Of a DNA stretch of 64,000 nt, positions 11,728-22,852 are shown one piece after another. The stretch spans positions 53,630,001 to 53,694,000 of the forward strand of contig NC_088792.1 of the NCBI RefSeq assembly GCF_011386835.1. The letters run 5' to 3'. Under the pieces are notes generated by a model. The model saw only the letters and a program-made list of their open reading frames with translations, made no database searches and was not told the origin of the DNA. Each line of letters begins with the position of its first letter. Within the stretch, counting starts at the first letter, position 1. A program made the translations under genes and the position numbers. Origin of the DNA: Chrysemys picta bellii (Eukaryota).

Positions 11728-13559
11728 GAGGGGAGATGTAGGGGGTGTTCAATTTTAGAAATTGGGTAATGGTGACATCGGTAATGGTGACATCATGTTG
11801 GCCTAACAATTAAAGTAGTTTTTGAGATATTACTGAATGTTTGCAGGTGGAAGCAATACAAAGATGTAATGTGATGGTAATAAACATATGCTTTAAGTTG
11901 CTCTCTATCACAAGCGCTTTGTAGGCTACTTCTGTTTTGCTCGTAATATGTCACAAGACTCTCCAGCAATCTTGTCAGTTATTTTCCCACGAATGTAACA
12001 TATTCCCATGTCTGTCAGATAACAGACAGACAGTGACTTTGCTGCAGGCCATGAGGGCACCGTCTTCTCTGCCGGTAATACTGCCTGTCACTTTTATGGA
12101 ATGGGTGATGCTCACCACTAAGGTCTGACAAGCTTTCTCATCTCAGAAACATTGTTGTTTTTGTTACCTCACATGAAAGCTGAAGTAAACCTATTAGCTA
12201 GCATTTTAATAACATCACCTACCTCCCTGGGAAAAGGATTAGTCTGTGCTTTCAATACTGCCAAATCTCAGTGCCCTAAATCATAACATTTCCAATATTT
12301 TAGAATAATGGTATTGAGAGAGACTTTTAGAAGCTTCTTTTAAACAACAAATTCTTTTGCATTCCAGAATAGTATATGACTGGTTTAAACACTAGTTCTT
12401 TAAGATACAAGATCTCTTTGTAAAAATTAGATGAGGGTAGTGGGAGTTACAAAATATGTATTTCATTACCCTTCTTTTTCAGTACCTCCTTCCAGTTTAA
12501 AGTTTTGCAAAAGAACAGTGTAGCAAAAGATTTACACATACATCATGATAGTTAAAATTATGTTGCTAGTTCCTTTTCCATCCTTGTTTAAGATCTATTT
12601 TGTGAAAAGTTGCAGAGTGGACATGACAGGTCATTATCTGACTGCTGTAAGTTGAGTAGCCTGGAGCCTTTTTTAGTTCATTTTTATTTAATCTTTCTAC
12701 TGTATTGCACTTTTTTAGTGGAAGTAAATTGTGAACGTATATGCATAGAATTCTCATCTAAATTCCTTATGGAATATTTTCTGGAACTACAAATCCATGA
12801 CACACCAGCCAGAGCAAATGGTATTTGCTGCTCATCTGTTGTGTTGGAAAGCAATCATGAAGGATTTTGCCTGTGTCCTAGTACTGAGCAGGGTAATTTC
12901 TCTAAGCTGTAACTTGCTTCAGTATATTAACTAGACACTGTAATATCAGAAATTGAATGTCTGATCTTCTTCCATTATGAAGATTTATTAAAAATCAAAA
13001 ATTTAAATGTCGTGTTTTAAAATTCATTTTAATTTCAAACTTTGTTTGCTCATCCAAAGACAGGGTTTGGTTTTGTTTTTTAGTGATTTAGATATTTGGT
13101 TAGCCTATGGAATTTTATCCTAATTACAATGGAAAATGCAGAGTTAAATTTGGTGGACAATAACACTTTTTGCTATGAAAACTTACATATAAAATGAACC
13201 AACAACTACTGTACTACCCAGTAGAACATCATATGTTAAGATCTTGTGTCAGCGTACTGTGTTAACTAATCTATTTTGAATTCCTCCAAAATGCTAACCT
13301 CTCCAGCCATAATAGAAAATTCAAAATCAAAACAAGTGCCAGTTAAAACACTTTCAATATGTAAAGTACACCACAGAAAGAAATGTATGTTATTTTTATT
13401 TTAAAGATAATGAAGTTAGCAAGAGGGAAACAAACTGATTTCATGTCAACAATTTGTATAAGTTTGTATAAATTAGAAAAATTTACTTAATAATGGTCAT
13501 AAATAAGATCTGTAATGTAATTCATAATGCATGAACAGGAATACTTTTTTTTTATAGTG

Positions 13560-15310
13560 GGGGCGTGTAACACTCCCTGTTATTAAAGTTACCTGACACA
13601 TCCCATTATAAGACTCTGTTTTCAGTTGCTTACAATATTGCCAATCTTTAACTATTTGGGCTGAAATTTGGGTGTCTGCCTCAGGTTGAACGTTTTTGGA
13701 AAATTTCACCCAAAATAAGTAATCCTTTTCTGAGAATAATGCTAAAGAAAAAGAAGTTGTTTATGTTAATTTAACAAATACCTTTTCTTTGAAAAACTTT
13801 AATGCTCTCATGCTTTGGAGATGGGATTTTAAATTTGGCAAGGGAGTGGCCTTTTGTCAGGTGTGTGCCTATTGCTGTTCCTGTGAAAATCCACCAAAAT
13901 TTAGACAAGCAATAAGGCTGTGAAAAATCACTATTCGGCTGCTTCTTAGATGTTCTTAGTGACTTTTTAGATGTTCATAGCTAAATTCCCTGAAGATTCC
14001 ATCACGGCTGAACAGAGTTTTTCCTGTCATTGCAGTTACTGGCTGATCTGGGCCATGCTGGATCCAGGTCGAGGCACTGGAACTAGAAAGCAGGGAGCCC
14101 ATCTCTCCTGTGTTCTTAGTGATACCCCCTGTTGGGCCCAGGGAGCATGGAGGAGGAAGCCACCTGAACTAAAGACAAAGGAAACAAGAGCCAGACCTTG
14201 GGGAGAGTGGGTAGGGGGAGTAGATTGAGACAAGGAGCTTGGGAGGAAGACTGGGACTGGAGACTTGGGGATGAAGGGAAGAGGGAAACTGGGAGCTGGG
14301 GTTGGAGGATGGGACTTACATTGCAAGGACACTAGGAATGGGAGAACTGGTGTGTGTTTGTTGGGGGGGAGCCACAGGGTGAGACTAAAAATGTCTGGGC
14401 AAGGAGACTGGGACTGAAAATTATTGGGATTTGGGGAAGGAAGTTGGGGGGATGGAGGGAAATAGTTCTGACGAGGAACCAGGGTGTGAGGGGAGAACTG
14501 GTACTGTCTGGGTAAAGTGATAGGATCAAGGAGATAGGTGGATGGGCAGGACTCTGAAATTGTAAAAGGAACTAATAGTGAGAGACTGGATCTGGGAGCC
14601 AGTGTGGATGATGAACATGGGCATGGGGATGACTGATGGCCAGGGGAGTAGGGAATGAAACAAATCAGATGAGGAGCCAGGAGGGGGCAGCTGGGTCTGG
14701 CTGGACAAGAAGACTGGGAATGTACCGGTAATTAGAAGCCAGAGAAGTGGCAACTGGGACTGGCTATTTGAGGAGAATGGGACTGGGATAAGGAGCCAGG
14801 GGTGGGGAAAAGAGACAGGTCTTGGCCAGAAACTGGTCAGAGGGAAAGCTGCAAAAGGGGTCTCCCGAGTCTCAGCATTCCTCTGCTGTTAGCAAATATC
14901 TATAAAACCCACTGGTAAAGTGTGTATCTTATCTCCCTCTAGTGCTGCTCCATGTAGATGATGACTGCTATTAGTTACTACATTCCACATGATGAGATTT
15001 CTTAGGAGGGGAGTTTCAGCTTGATTTAAAAGCTATTACACACAAACAACTATGTTAAAAGAACATTATTAATAATTATTACTGGAATAGGTTACCAAGG
15101 GATGTTGTGGAATCACCGTCATTGGAGATTTTAAAGAACAAATTAGACAAATATCTATCAGGGATGTCTAAGTATATTCCGTCCTGCCTCACTGCAAAGT
15201 GCTGGACTAAATGACTTTCCCAAACCTACGTTTCTATGATTCTTCAGGTTGAAAAGTCAAGCACTTAGAAACGAGAAAATGCCAGAATTAAGGTTGTTTG
15301 TGCAATCTGT
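13560..15310. repeat. Old unclassified interspersed repeat with purine-rich gggactgg-like interior
   Basis: Degenerate short G-rich units between about 14150 and 14810. The flanks resemble an abundant turtle repeat from memory. No TIR or TSD established. Confidence 0.3.
15081..15243 (+). mobile_element. CR1 LINE 3' end fragment
   Basis: ctggaataggttaccaagggatgttgtggaatcaccgtcattggagattttaaagaacaaattagacaaa..., ending in the CR1 tail ttctatgattct. Confidence 0.7.
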
Positions 15311-15384
15311 AATGCTAAATAACTTGGAAAAATCAGGTTCTAGACGTCTCAAATTGGGCACCCATAATTAGTGTATATTTCTGA

Positions 15385-15505
15385 TCCTAATCTCTTTGTG
15401 CATGCTTTCCCTCTGTGTAAAATGGGGCTAATACTATCCCCTCACCTCACAGGAGTGTTTTAAAATAAATAAATTAATATCTGGGAAGTTCTCAGATACA
15501 ATAGT
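15385..15505 (+). mobile_element. MIR/CORE-SINE-like fragment
   Basis: tttccctctgtgtaaaatggggctaatactatcccctcacctcacagg matches the MIR core. Confidence 0.55.
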
Positions 15506-17437
15506 GATGAATAATTGTGTCTTCAGAATTGGGTTTCGATAATGTGTTGTAATTAAGGTGTGGGGCCACACATTGAATAATGAGGAAAAAATAAAATAAT
15601 ATAATTAAATAGTAGATCATTAACTGAGCACCATCTATCCTGGTCACTGAATGAGACTGTAGTCCTGTGGAAAAAATAGTATGTGATCGTGTAATTAAAT
15701 TGTGTGTCATAAGACATGCAGACAAGGATGTGCAGACAACCTTTATTTTGTCATTGCCTAGCTTTTTCAGTGTTTGTCTTTGCAATCTGAATGTTTTAAA
15801 TGTAGGGTTTTTTGTGAGTAATTTGTATAACAGCACATTAACGCTGCACACTATAAAAGTGTATACAGTGTAGTAGCATAAATCGTAATTTAGTAGTGCT
15901 TACTCTTCCTCTACAGTACGCAGTTTAGGGCAGTGTCATTTTAAGCAGTTATGTATAACTCTGTGTTTAAAACACACTTTAAAAAATTAGGATCAAATGA
16001 TTGCAACATTCAGTCTCATCTATGCTGGTTTTATGTTATTTCAAAATGACCAAAACACCCTGTGATTTAAGGAGGAAAGTCCACGGTAACTTGAAATGTA
16101 GATTAATATTTTATTGTAATTTTGCCAAACTGGGGGGAAATACAGTGCACTCCTTTTATAACAGCCTTTGGAACCAAATATTTTGAATGTAATGAGAAGG
16201 GTGAATACAGTGCTTTTAAAGAACCTGTGACCCTAGGTATTGTAGTCTTACATCAGAGGGAATACTACATCAGAGACTCTTCTTTTGAGGATGCAGCATA
16301 CAGACAACTACATTGCCACAATGGGAAACCATGTACCAGCTCAAAGTTGATAAAAGAATACAGCAGATAACTCTATTGCTGATACAAGCAGAAAATAATA
16401 TAATAGAAGAGAATATGATTTTGTATTGCACTTTTTGGACTCAAGGTACTGGTATTTCAAAGTGCTTTACAAAATAATGAGTTGGATACAGTAGTGCAGC
16501 TGGTGTGTGTGCAAAAAGAACATCCATTTTGTGCTCAGTAATAGTTCACAGGCAGTCTTGGATACTCTAACCTCTTATTGTATTCTGGTTAGGGACAATC
16601 GAATTAACCCCTACTTTAGTCAAGAGAGTTAAATATAAGGCTAAGAAAAGTACCGTATAAATCAGCATGGGAGCATCAATTTGAGTGTATAATATTGCTG
16701 AAGAACAATTCTAGGAACTGGGGAAAAAATTATGTCAACTTTGAGGTAGTTTTAGAACCTCTTATGAGGTTATCCAGATTTTCCAAAATTCTCCTCTTCA
16801 AGTGAGAACTTATTAATGAGTATGTACAAAATTGTAGTGGGACCTCTAGAATACAAGAATGACCCTCTTAAAATTGAATGAGAGAAAACTATCTCAGGAT
16901 AGGTCTGGAGAGCCAAGTGGTGAGACTGTAGTTCACCCCCATGCAAAGGATTGGCACAACTCCTATGCATTACATTAAATTCTGTATTGAGGACTTAAGT
17001 GGTGTATAGGCACTAGCAGTCCTCTGTATAGGAGTGAATTTCACCCTCAGGTTGTTCCAGAAGAAGGAGAACTTCCACAGTAGGCTGGGCTCAATCATAT
17101 CTCTCTCGATACCGTAGTTAGAAAAATAAGTTGGATAGTTTTTATTTTTTGCTGGCAAAGAAGAGTAGACAGATCTGTTTAATGAACAATTTGTACCATA
17201 AATGGAGTTCCAGATATAACTAGCCTCAAAATTAATTTAACACTGTACTTGATTTATGAGTAGAAGTTAAGATAAGCATAAAATTTGGTGGTATTAAATA
17301 CCAAAAGTCCAAATAGATAGATTGAGGCTTTTCATTAAATGAGAATTCTCAAGGCAGATCTAGGAAGTTCTGATGTTACTAAAAAGTAGTTTAAACACTG
17401 AAATCCTATCAAATAAAAACATATTTTGAAAGGGCCC

Positions 17438-18199
17438 TGTGATGGGATAGACTAGGTCTGAAAGCCCCTGCTGGAGGCCTTGTGGCCCTACCTCATCCCA
17501 CCCCAGAAAAGAGCAAAGGAGAAGTCCTCTGGGTGGCCTAGAGTGGCTGCAAGGGAAACAGCCAATCCGAGGGCTGCTGGAGTGGCCAGTCAGGGACCAG
17601 GAGAGCCACATAAAAAAAAGCATCAGAGACAGAGCAGTCAGTTGCTGCCTGGAGCTGGAAGAGAGAGGACTGAGTTCCTGGCTGGCTGGAAGAGTAGCAG
17701 GACCACAGATAGCTCTCTGTGGGCAGGGCTGAGACCAGGGAGGGCTGCCGAAGACCGGGGAAGGTAGGAAGGAGCTCCTGGCTGGTTGCAGGGATTGAGC
17801 CCAGAAGCTAGCCAGACCAAGCGAGGTACAGCAATGGGCCCTGTTGGTTTGGTTAAATACTGAGCCAAGGGGAGGAGGGCTGTTGAAAAAGATACACCAA
17901 CAGAGGGTACTCTGATGGGCCCTGTTGGACTGTTATAGAGGGCAGCGTCTCCAGGGAGGAAGCCTTGCAGAAGGTAAACACTGTATATCCTGGAAGGGGT
18001 TTGTTCGTTCTGTTCCACCTACAGATAATGTTTGTGACTCGGCTGGAGGGCTCAGTCACTGAAGACCAGCCAGAGAAACCATCTGCCAGGGGCAGGTGCT
18101 TGCAAAATGGTGCCACCCCATTCCAAGAACTAAGAAACAGCAAGCTCACACCTGACCAGAAGGGGGTGATTGCGAGGGATCGGTGCTGATCCCATTACA
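17438..18199 (+). mobile_element. Solo LTR (Gypsy/ERV-like)
   Basis: Starts tgtgatggg and ends cccattaca (TG...CA). Flanked by ggccc (17433-17437) and ggacc (18200-18204). CCAAT box near 17560 and TATA-like cataaaa near 17608. Orientation tentative. Confidence 0.7.
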
Positions 18200-18440
18200 G
18201 GACCATTGTATCGTGAATATTTTCCAAATAACAATCTGTCACACCAATTGCAAATAACCCAATTTACAGTATAAAACGTCTTAATATATCTTAATTCATA
18301 AATGTCAAGTATTTGTACCGCTGGCAAGTGGGGCTCCAGTATGTCAAAGAGGCATAGACAGATACAGGTGGTAGATAGGTTATATCATCTTTCCAGAACC
18401 CTGTCTGCATTGGGTTTTTCTGTTTTGTTTTGTTTTTTGT

Positions 18441-19312
18441 TTGCCACTTTGAGGGCTGTTATTGAGTGACCAGAGAGATTGAAGTGTTCTCCGACTGGTT
18501 TTTGAATGTTATGATTCCTGATGTCAGATTTGTGTCCATTTATTCTTTTGAGTAGAGACTGTCCGGTTTGGCCAATGTACATGGCAGAGGGGCACTGCTG
18601 GCACATGATGGCATATATCACATTGGTAGATGTGCAGGTGAACGAGCCCCAGATGGTGTGGCTGATGTGGTCAGGTCCTCTGATGGTGTCCCTTGAATAG
18701 ATATGTGGACAGAGTTGGCACTGGAGTTTGTGGCAGGGTTTGGTTCCTGGGTTGGTATTTTTGTTGTGTGATGTGTAGTTGCTGGTGAGTATTTGCTTCA
18801 GGTTGGGGAGCTGTCTCAATAATAGACCTCAAAGTGGCAATTCTTCAACAACAAAACTTCAAAAACAGACTCCAACGTGAAGCTGTAGAACTGGAATTAA
18901 TTTGCAAACTAGATACCATCAGATTAGGCCTGAATAAAGACTGGGAGTGGTTGGGGCATTATAAAACCTAATCTTAATTTCTCCAATACTAATTTCTTCC
19001 CTACTGTTACTCACACCTTCTTGTCAACTGTCTGTAATGTGCCACTCTCTTACCACTTCAAAAGTTATTTTTCCTCCCTTGGTATTCTGCTGTTAATTGA
19101 TTTATCTTGTTAGACTGACCTAACACTTGGTAAAGCAACCTCCATCCTTTCATGTATTTATACCTGCTCCTGTATTTTTTACTTCATACAGCTGATGAAG
19201 TGGGTTCTAGCCTACGAAAGCTTATGCCCAAATAAATTTGTTAGTCTCTAAGGTGCCACAAGGACTCCTCGTTTTTTTTGCTGATACAGACTAACACAGC
19301 TACCACTGAAAC
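18441..19312 (+). mobile_element. Penelope-like element 3' part with inverted GIY-YIG segment
   Basis: Minus 18816-18441 encodes CQLCPH...FTCTSTNVIYAIMCQQCPSAMYIGQTG...HFNLSGHSITALKVA (GIY-YIG). Plus 18815 onward encodes DLKVAILQQQNFKNRLQREAVELELICKLDTIRLGLNKDWEWLGHYKT*, then the 3' repeat with an HHR motif, ending ctgaaac. Confidence 0.88.
19188..19227 (+). ncRNA. Minimal hammerhead ribozyme motif (stem I degenerate)
   Basis: acag CTGATGA a gtgggttctagcctac GAA AGCT T atgc. The 5' strand of stem I deviates from gcat. Confidence 0.5.
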
Positions 19313-20325
19313 ATATCCAACCTTGAACATCTTGAGAATGCTACCACAATAAATAGGGGAGAAGAGATCTGATAGCAGCTAGATGTTCAAATGCACTGAA
19401 ATGTGGCAATCTCATTCTCTTGTTTGATATTTGTATAGTTGTACAAAATATAGCAAGAGAAATTTCTGACTTCAGGACAAGATAAAGTGGACTATTTTAT
19501 TTTTAAATCCATTTCAATGTAATAATACCAATTTGAGTACCAGTTAGTAGTGCCACCTAATTGAGATGCATAATTTACAACTTGACTAAAATTTAGCAAC
19601 AGTAACTACCACAAATCAGATCTATCCATCTTTTAGAATGCATAGTGTAGCCCCTCTGCTGACTGGTAGCAGATGTCAGGGCTCTGCACGTAGGCTTCCC
19701 AGGGAAGGAGAAATCACTGACACAGAGTCTGGATATATTCTTACTGTAACTTACTTCTTTTACACTATATACACCAGTCCTTGAACATAGGTGGTCAGAA
19801 ACAACACACACAGGCAATCCCCTCTTAAGGGATCTCAGCCCAAACATTAATGTCTGGTTTCACAATGCAACTCTCCCCCCAGTAATTGATTCTAGAAAGA
19901 TTAAGGAAGAGAGAGAGAATTCCCTTGTTTCTTGCCATAGCTCCTCCCACATAAGAGCCTACATCAGAAAACCAACAACAGAGTATTTTCTTCCAAGACC
20001 TAAACATTTGCTCACACGCCAAGACAAAGAATTTGTAAGACTGTGTGCAACAGCACCGTCTGATGACTTCTTCCATAACAATATATTTAACAACAAAAAG
20101 GGACGGTTTGATACATCTCTGAAAGGAGTTGACATGTTTGTGTCATCAAAGATCTGCGCTAAAATGGAGCAAATGATTCTACAAAGAAGCTTTTTAAATA
20201 TCTATCATAAATCAGATTCTTGCTGAAGTGGTTCGACTTTTTATAGATTACAGAGTCTCCTGCTTTAATGAACTGCTTTATTTCTAAGGACTCAACCTTT
20301 TCCCCTATGCTGTGAGATGACTTAC

Positions 20326-20328
<3 letters not shown>

Positions 20329-20386
<58 letters not shown>
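20329..20386. repeat. (TA)n microsatellite
   Basis: About 29 uninterrupted TA units. Confidence 0.97.
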
Positions 20387-20389
<3 letters not shown>

Positions 20390-20587
20390 GGTAAACTAAG
20401 GATGCCTAAATTTGGGAAGGATTTCAGTCAGTGATATATTTTGAAAGCAATTAAAAATTATATTCATACCTAACTTTCCGTGAAATCATTTCATTATTGT
20501 TCAGGACATCTAAAGGATACCTGATTTAAACATGTCAATGGCACTTACGCATTTTTACCGTATCTCATGTAACTAAACATGTTTTTA

Positions 20588-22852
20588 TCATAGAATCATG
20601 GAATATCAGGGTTGAAAGGAACCTCAGGAGGTCATCTAGTCCAACCCCCTGCTCAAAGCAGGACCAATCCCCAACTAAATCATCCCAGCCAGGGCTTTGT
20701 CAAGCCTGACCTTAAAAACCTCTAAGGAAGGAGATTCCACCACCTCTCTAGGTAACCCATTCCAGTGCTTCACCACCCTCCTAGGGAAAGTGTTTCCTAA
20801 TATCCAACCTAAACCTCCCCCACTGCAACTTGAGACCATTACTCTTTTTGTTCTGTATCTGGTACCACTGAGAACAGTCTAGATCCATCCTCTTTGGAAC
20901 CTCCTTTCAGGTAGTTGAAAGCAGCTATCAAATCCCCCCTCATTCTTCCTTTCTGCAGACTAAACAATCCAGTTCCCTCAGCCTCTCCTCCATAAGTCAT
21001 GTGCTCCAGCCCCCTAATCATTTTTGTTGCCCTTTGCTGGACTCTTTCCAATTTTTCCACATCCTTCTTGTAGTGTGGGGCCCAAAACTGGACATAGTAC
21101 TCCAGATGAGGCCTCACCAATGTCGAATAGAGGGGAATGATCACGTCCTTCGATCTGCTGGCAATGCCCCTACTTATACAGCCCAAAATGCCATTAGCCT
21201 TCTTGGCAACAAGGGCACACTGTTGACTCATATCCAGCTTCTCATCCACTGTAACCCCTACGTCCTTTTCTGCAGAACTGCTGCCTAGCCATTCGGTCCC
21301 TAGTCTGTAGCAGTGTATGGGATTCTTCCGTCCTAAGTGCAGGACTCTGCACTTGCCCTTGTTGAACGTCATCAGATTTCTTTTGGCCCAATCCTCTAAT
21401 TTGTCTAGGTCTCTCTGTATCCTATCCCTACCCTCCAGCGTATCTACCACTCCTCCCAGTTTAGTGTCATCTGCAAACTTGCTGAGGGTGCAGTCCACGC
21501 CATCCTCCAGATCATTAATGAAGATATTGAACAAAACTGGCCCCAGGACCGACCCCGGGGCACTCCGCTTGATACCAGCTGCCAACTAGACATGGAGCCA
21601 TTGATCACTACCCGTTGAGCCCAGCGATCTAGCCAGCTTTCTATTCACCTTATAGTCCATTCATCCAGCCCATACTACATTAATTTGCCGGCAAGAATAC
21701 TGTGGGAGACCATATCAAAAGCTTTGATAAAGTCAAGGAATAACACGTCCACTGCTTTCCCCTCATCCACAGAGCCAGTTATCTCCTCATAGAAGGCAAT
21801 TAGGTTAGTCAGGCATGACTTGCCCTTGATGAATCCATGCTGACTATTCCTGATCACTTTCCTCTCCTCTAAGTGCTTCAGAATTGTTTCCTGGAGGACC
21901 TGATTTTTCCAGGGACTGAGGTGAGGCTGACTGGCCTGTAGTTCCCTGGATCCTCCTTCCCTTTTTTAAAGATGGGCACTACATTAGCCTTTTTCCAGTC
22001 ATCCGCGATCTCCCCTGATCGCCATGAGTTATCAAAGATAATGGCCAATGGCTCCGCAATCACATCCGCCAACTCCTTTAGCACCCTCGGATGCAGCGCA
22101 TCCGGCCCCATGGACTTGTGCTCATCCAGCTTTTCTAAATAGTCCTGAACCACTTCTTTCTCCACAGAGGGCTGGTCACCTCCTCCCCATCCTGTGCTGC
22201 CCAGTGCAGTAGTCTGGGAGCTGACCTTGTTCGTGAAGACAGAGGCAAAAAAAGCATGGGGGACATTAGCTTTTTCCACATCCTCTGTCACTAGGTTCCC
22301 TCCCTCATTCAGTAAGGGGCCCACACTTTCCTTGACCACCTTCTTGTTGCTAACATACCTGAAGAAACCCTTCTTGTTACTCTTTCCAAAAACTTCCTGG
22401 ATTGTCTGTGCACCGCTGTATTGCTCTCCCAGCAGATATCATTGTGATTGAAGTCTCCCATGAGAACCAGGGCCTGTGATCTAGTAACTTCTGTTAGTTG
22501 CCGGAAGAAAGCCTTGTCCACCTCATCCCCCTGGTCTGGTGGTGTATAGCAGACTCCCACCACGACATCACCCTTGTTGCTCACACTTCTAAACTTAATC
22601 CAGAGAGACTCAGGTTTTTCTGCAGTTTCATACTGGAGCTCTGAGCAGTCCTACTGCTCTCTTACATACAATGCACCTCCCCCACCTTTTCTGCCCTGCC
22701 TGTCCTTCCTGAACAGTTTATATCCATCCATGGCAGTGCTCCAGTCATGCGAGTTATCCCACCAAGTCTCTGTTATTCCAATCACATCATAATTCCTTGA
22801 CTGTGCCGGGACTTCCAGTTCTCCCTGCTTGTTTCCCAGGCTTCTTGCATTT
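20588..22852 (-). mobile_element. CR1 LINE, ORF2 with internal deletion, relatively young
   Basis: APE motifs (NARSLGNK..., GITETWW, GDFNH), RT motifs (NYRPVSLTS, QGSVLGP-like, [10 protein letters not shown]), and 3' tail (attctatga) at the left end. Long open frames remain. Confidence 0.95.

Noticed and set aside
11765-11794. 15-bp tandem duplication ggtaatggtgacatc x2 near the DIRS right end
   Set aside because: About 40 bp outside the element; an ordinary slippage duplication, not a TSD.
13971-14753. Pro/Ser-rich ORFs
   Set aside because: Translation of a low-complexity purine-rich repeat.
16122-16370. 82-aa ORF with protein-like composition
   Set aside because: Non-ATG start, no recognisable motif or splice structure, and length within chance.
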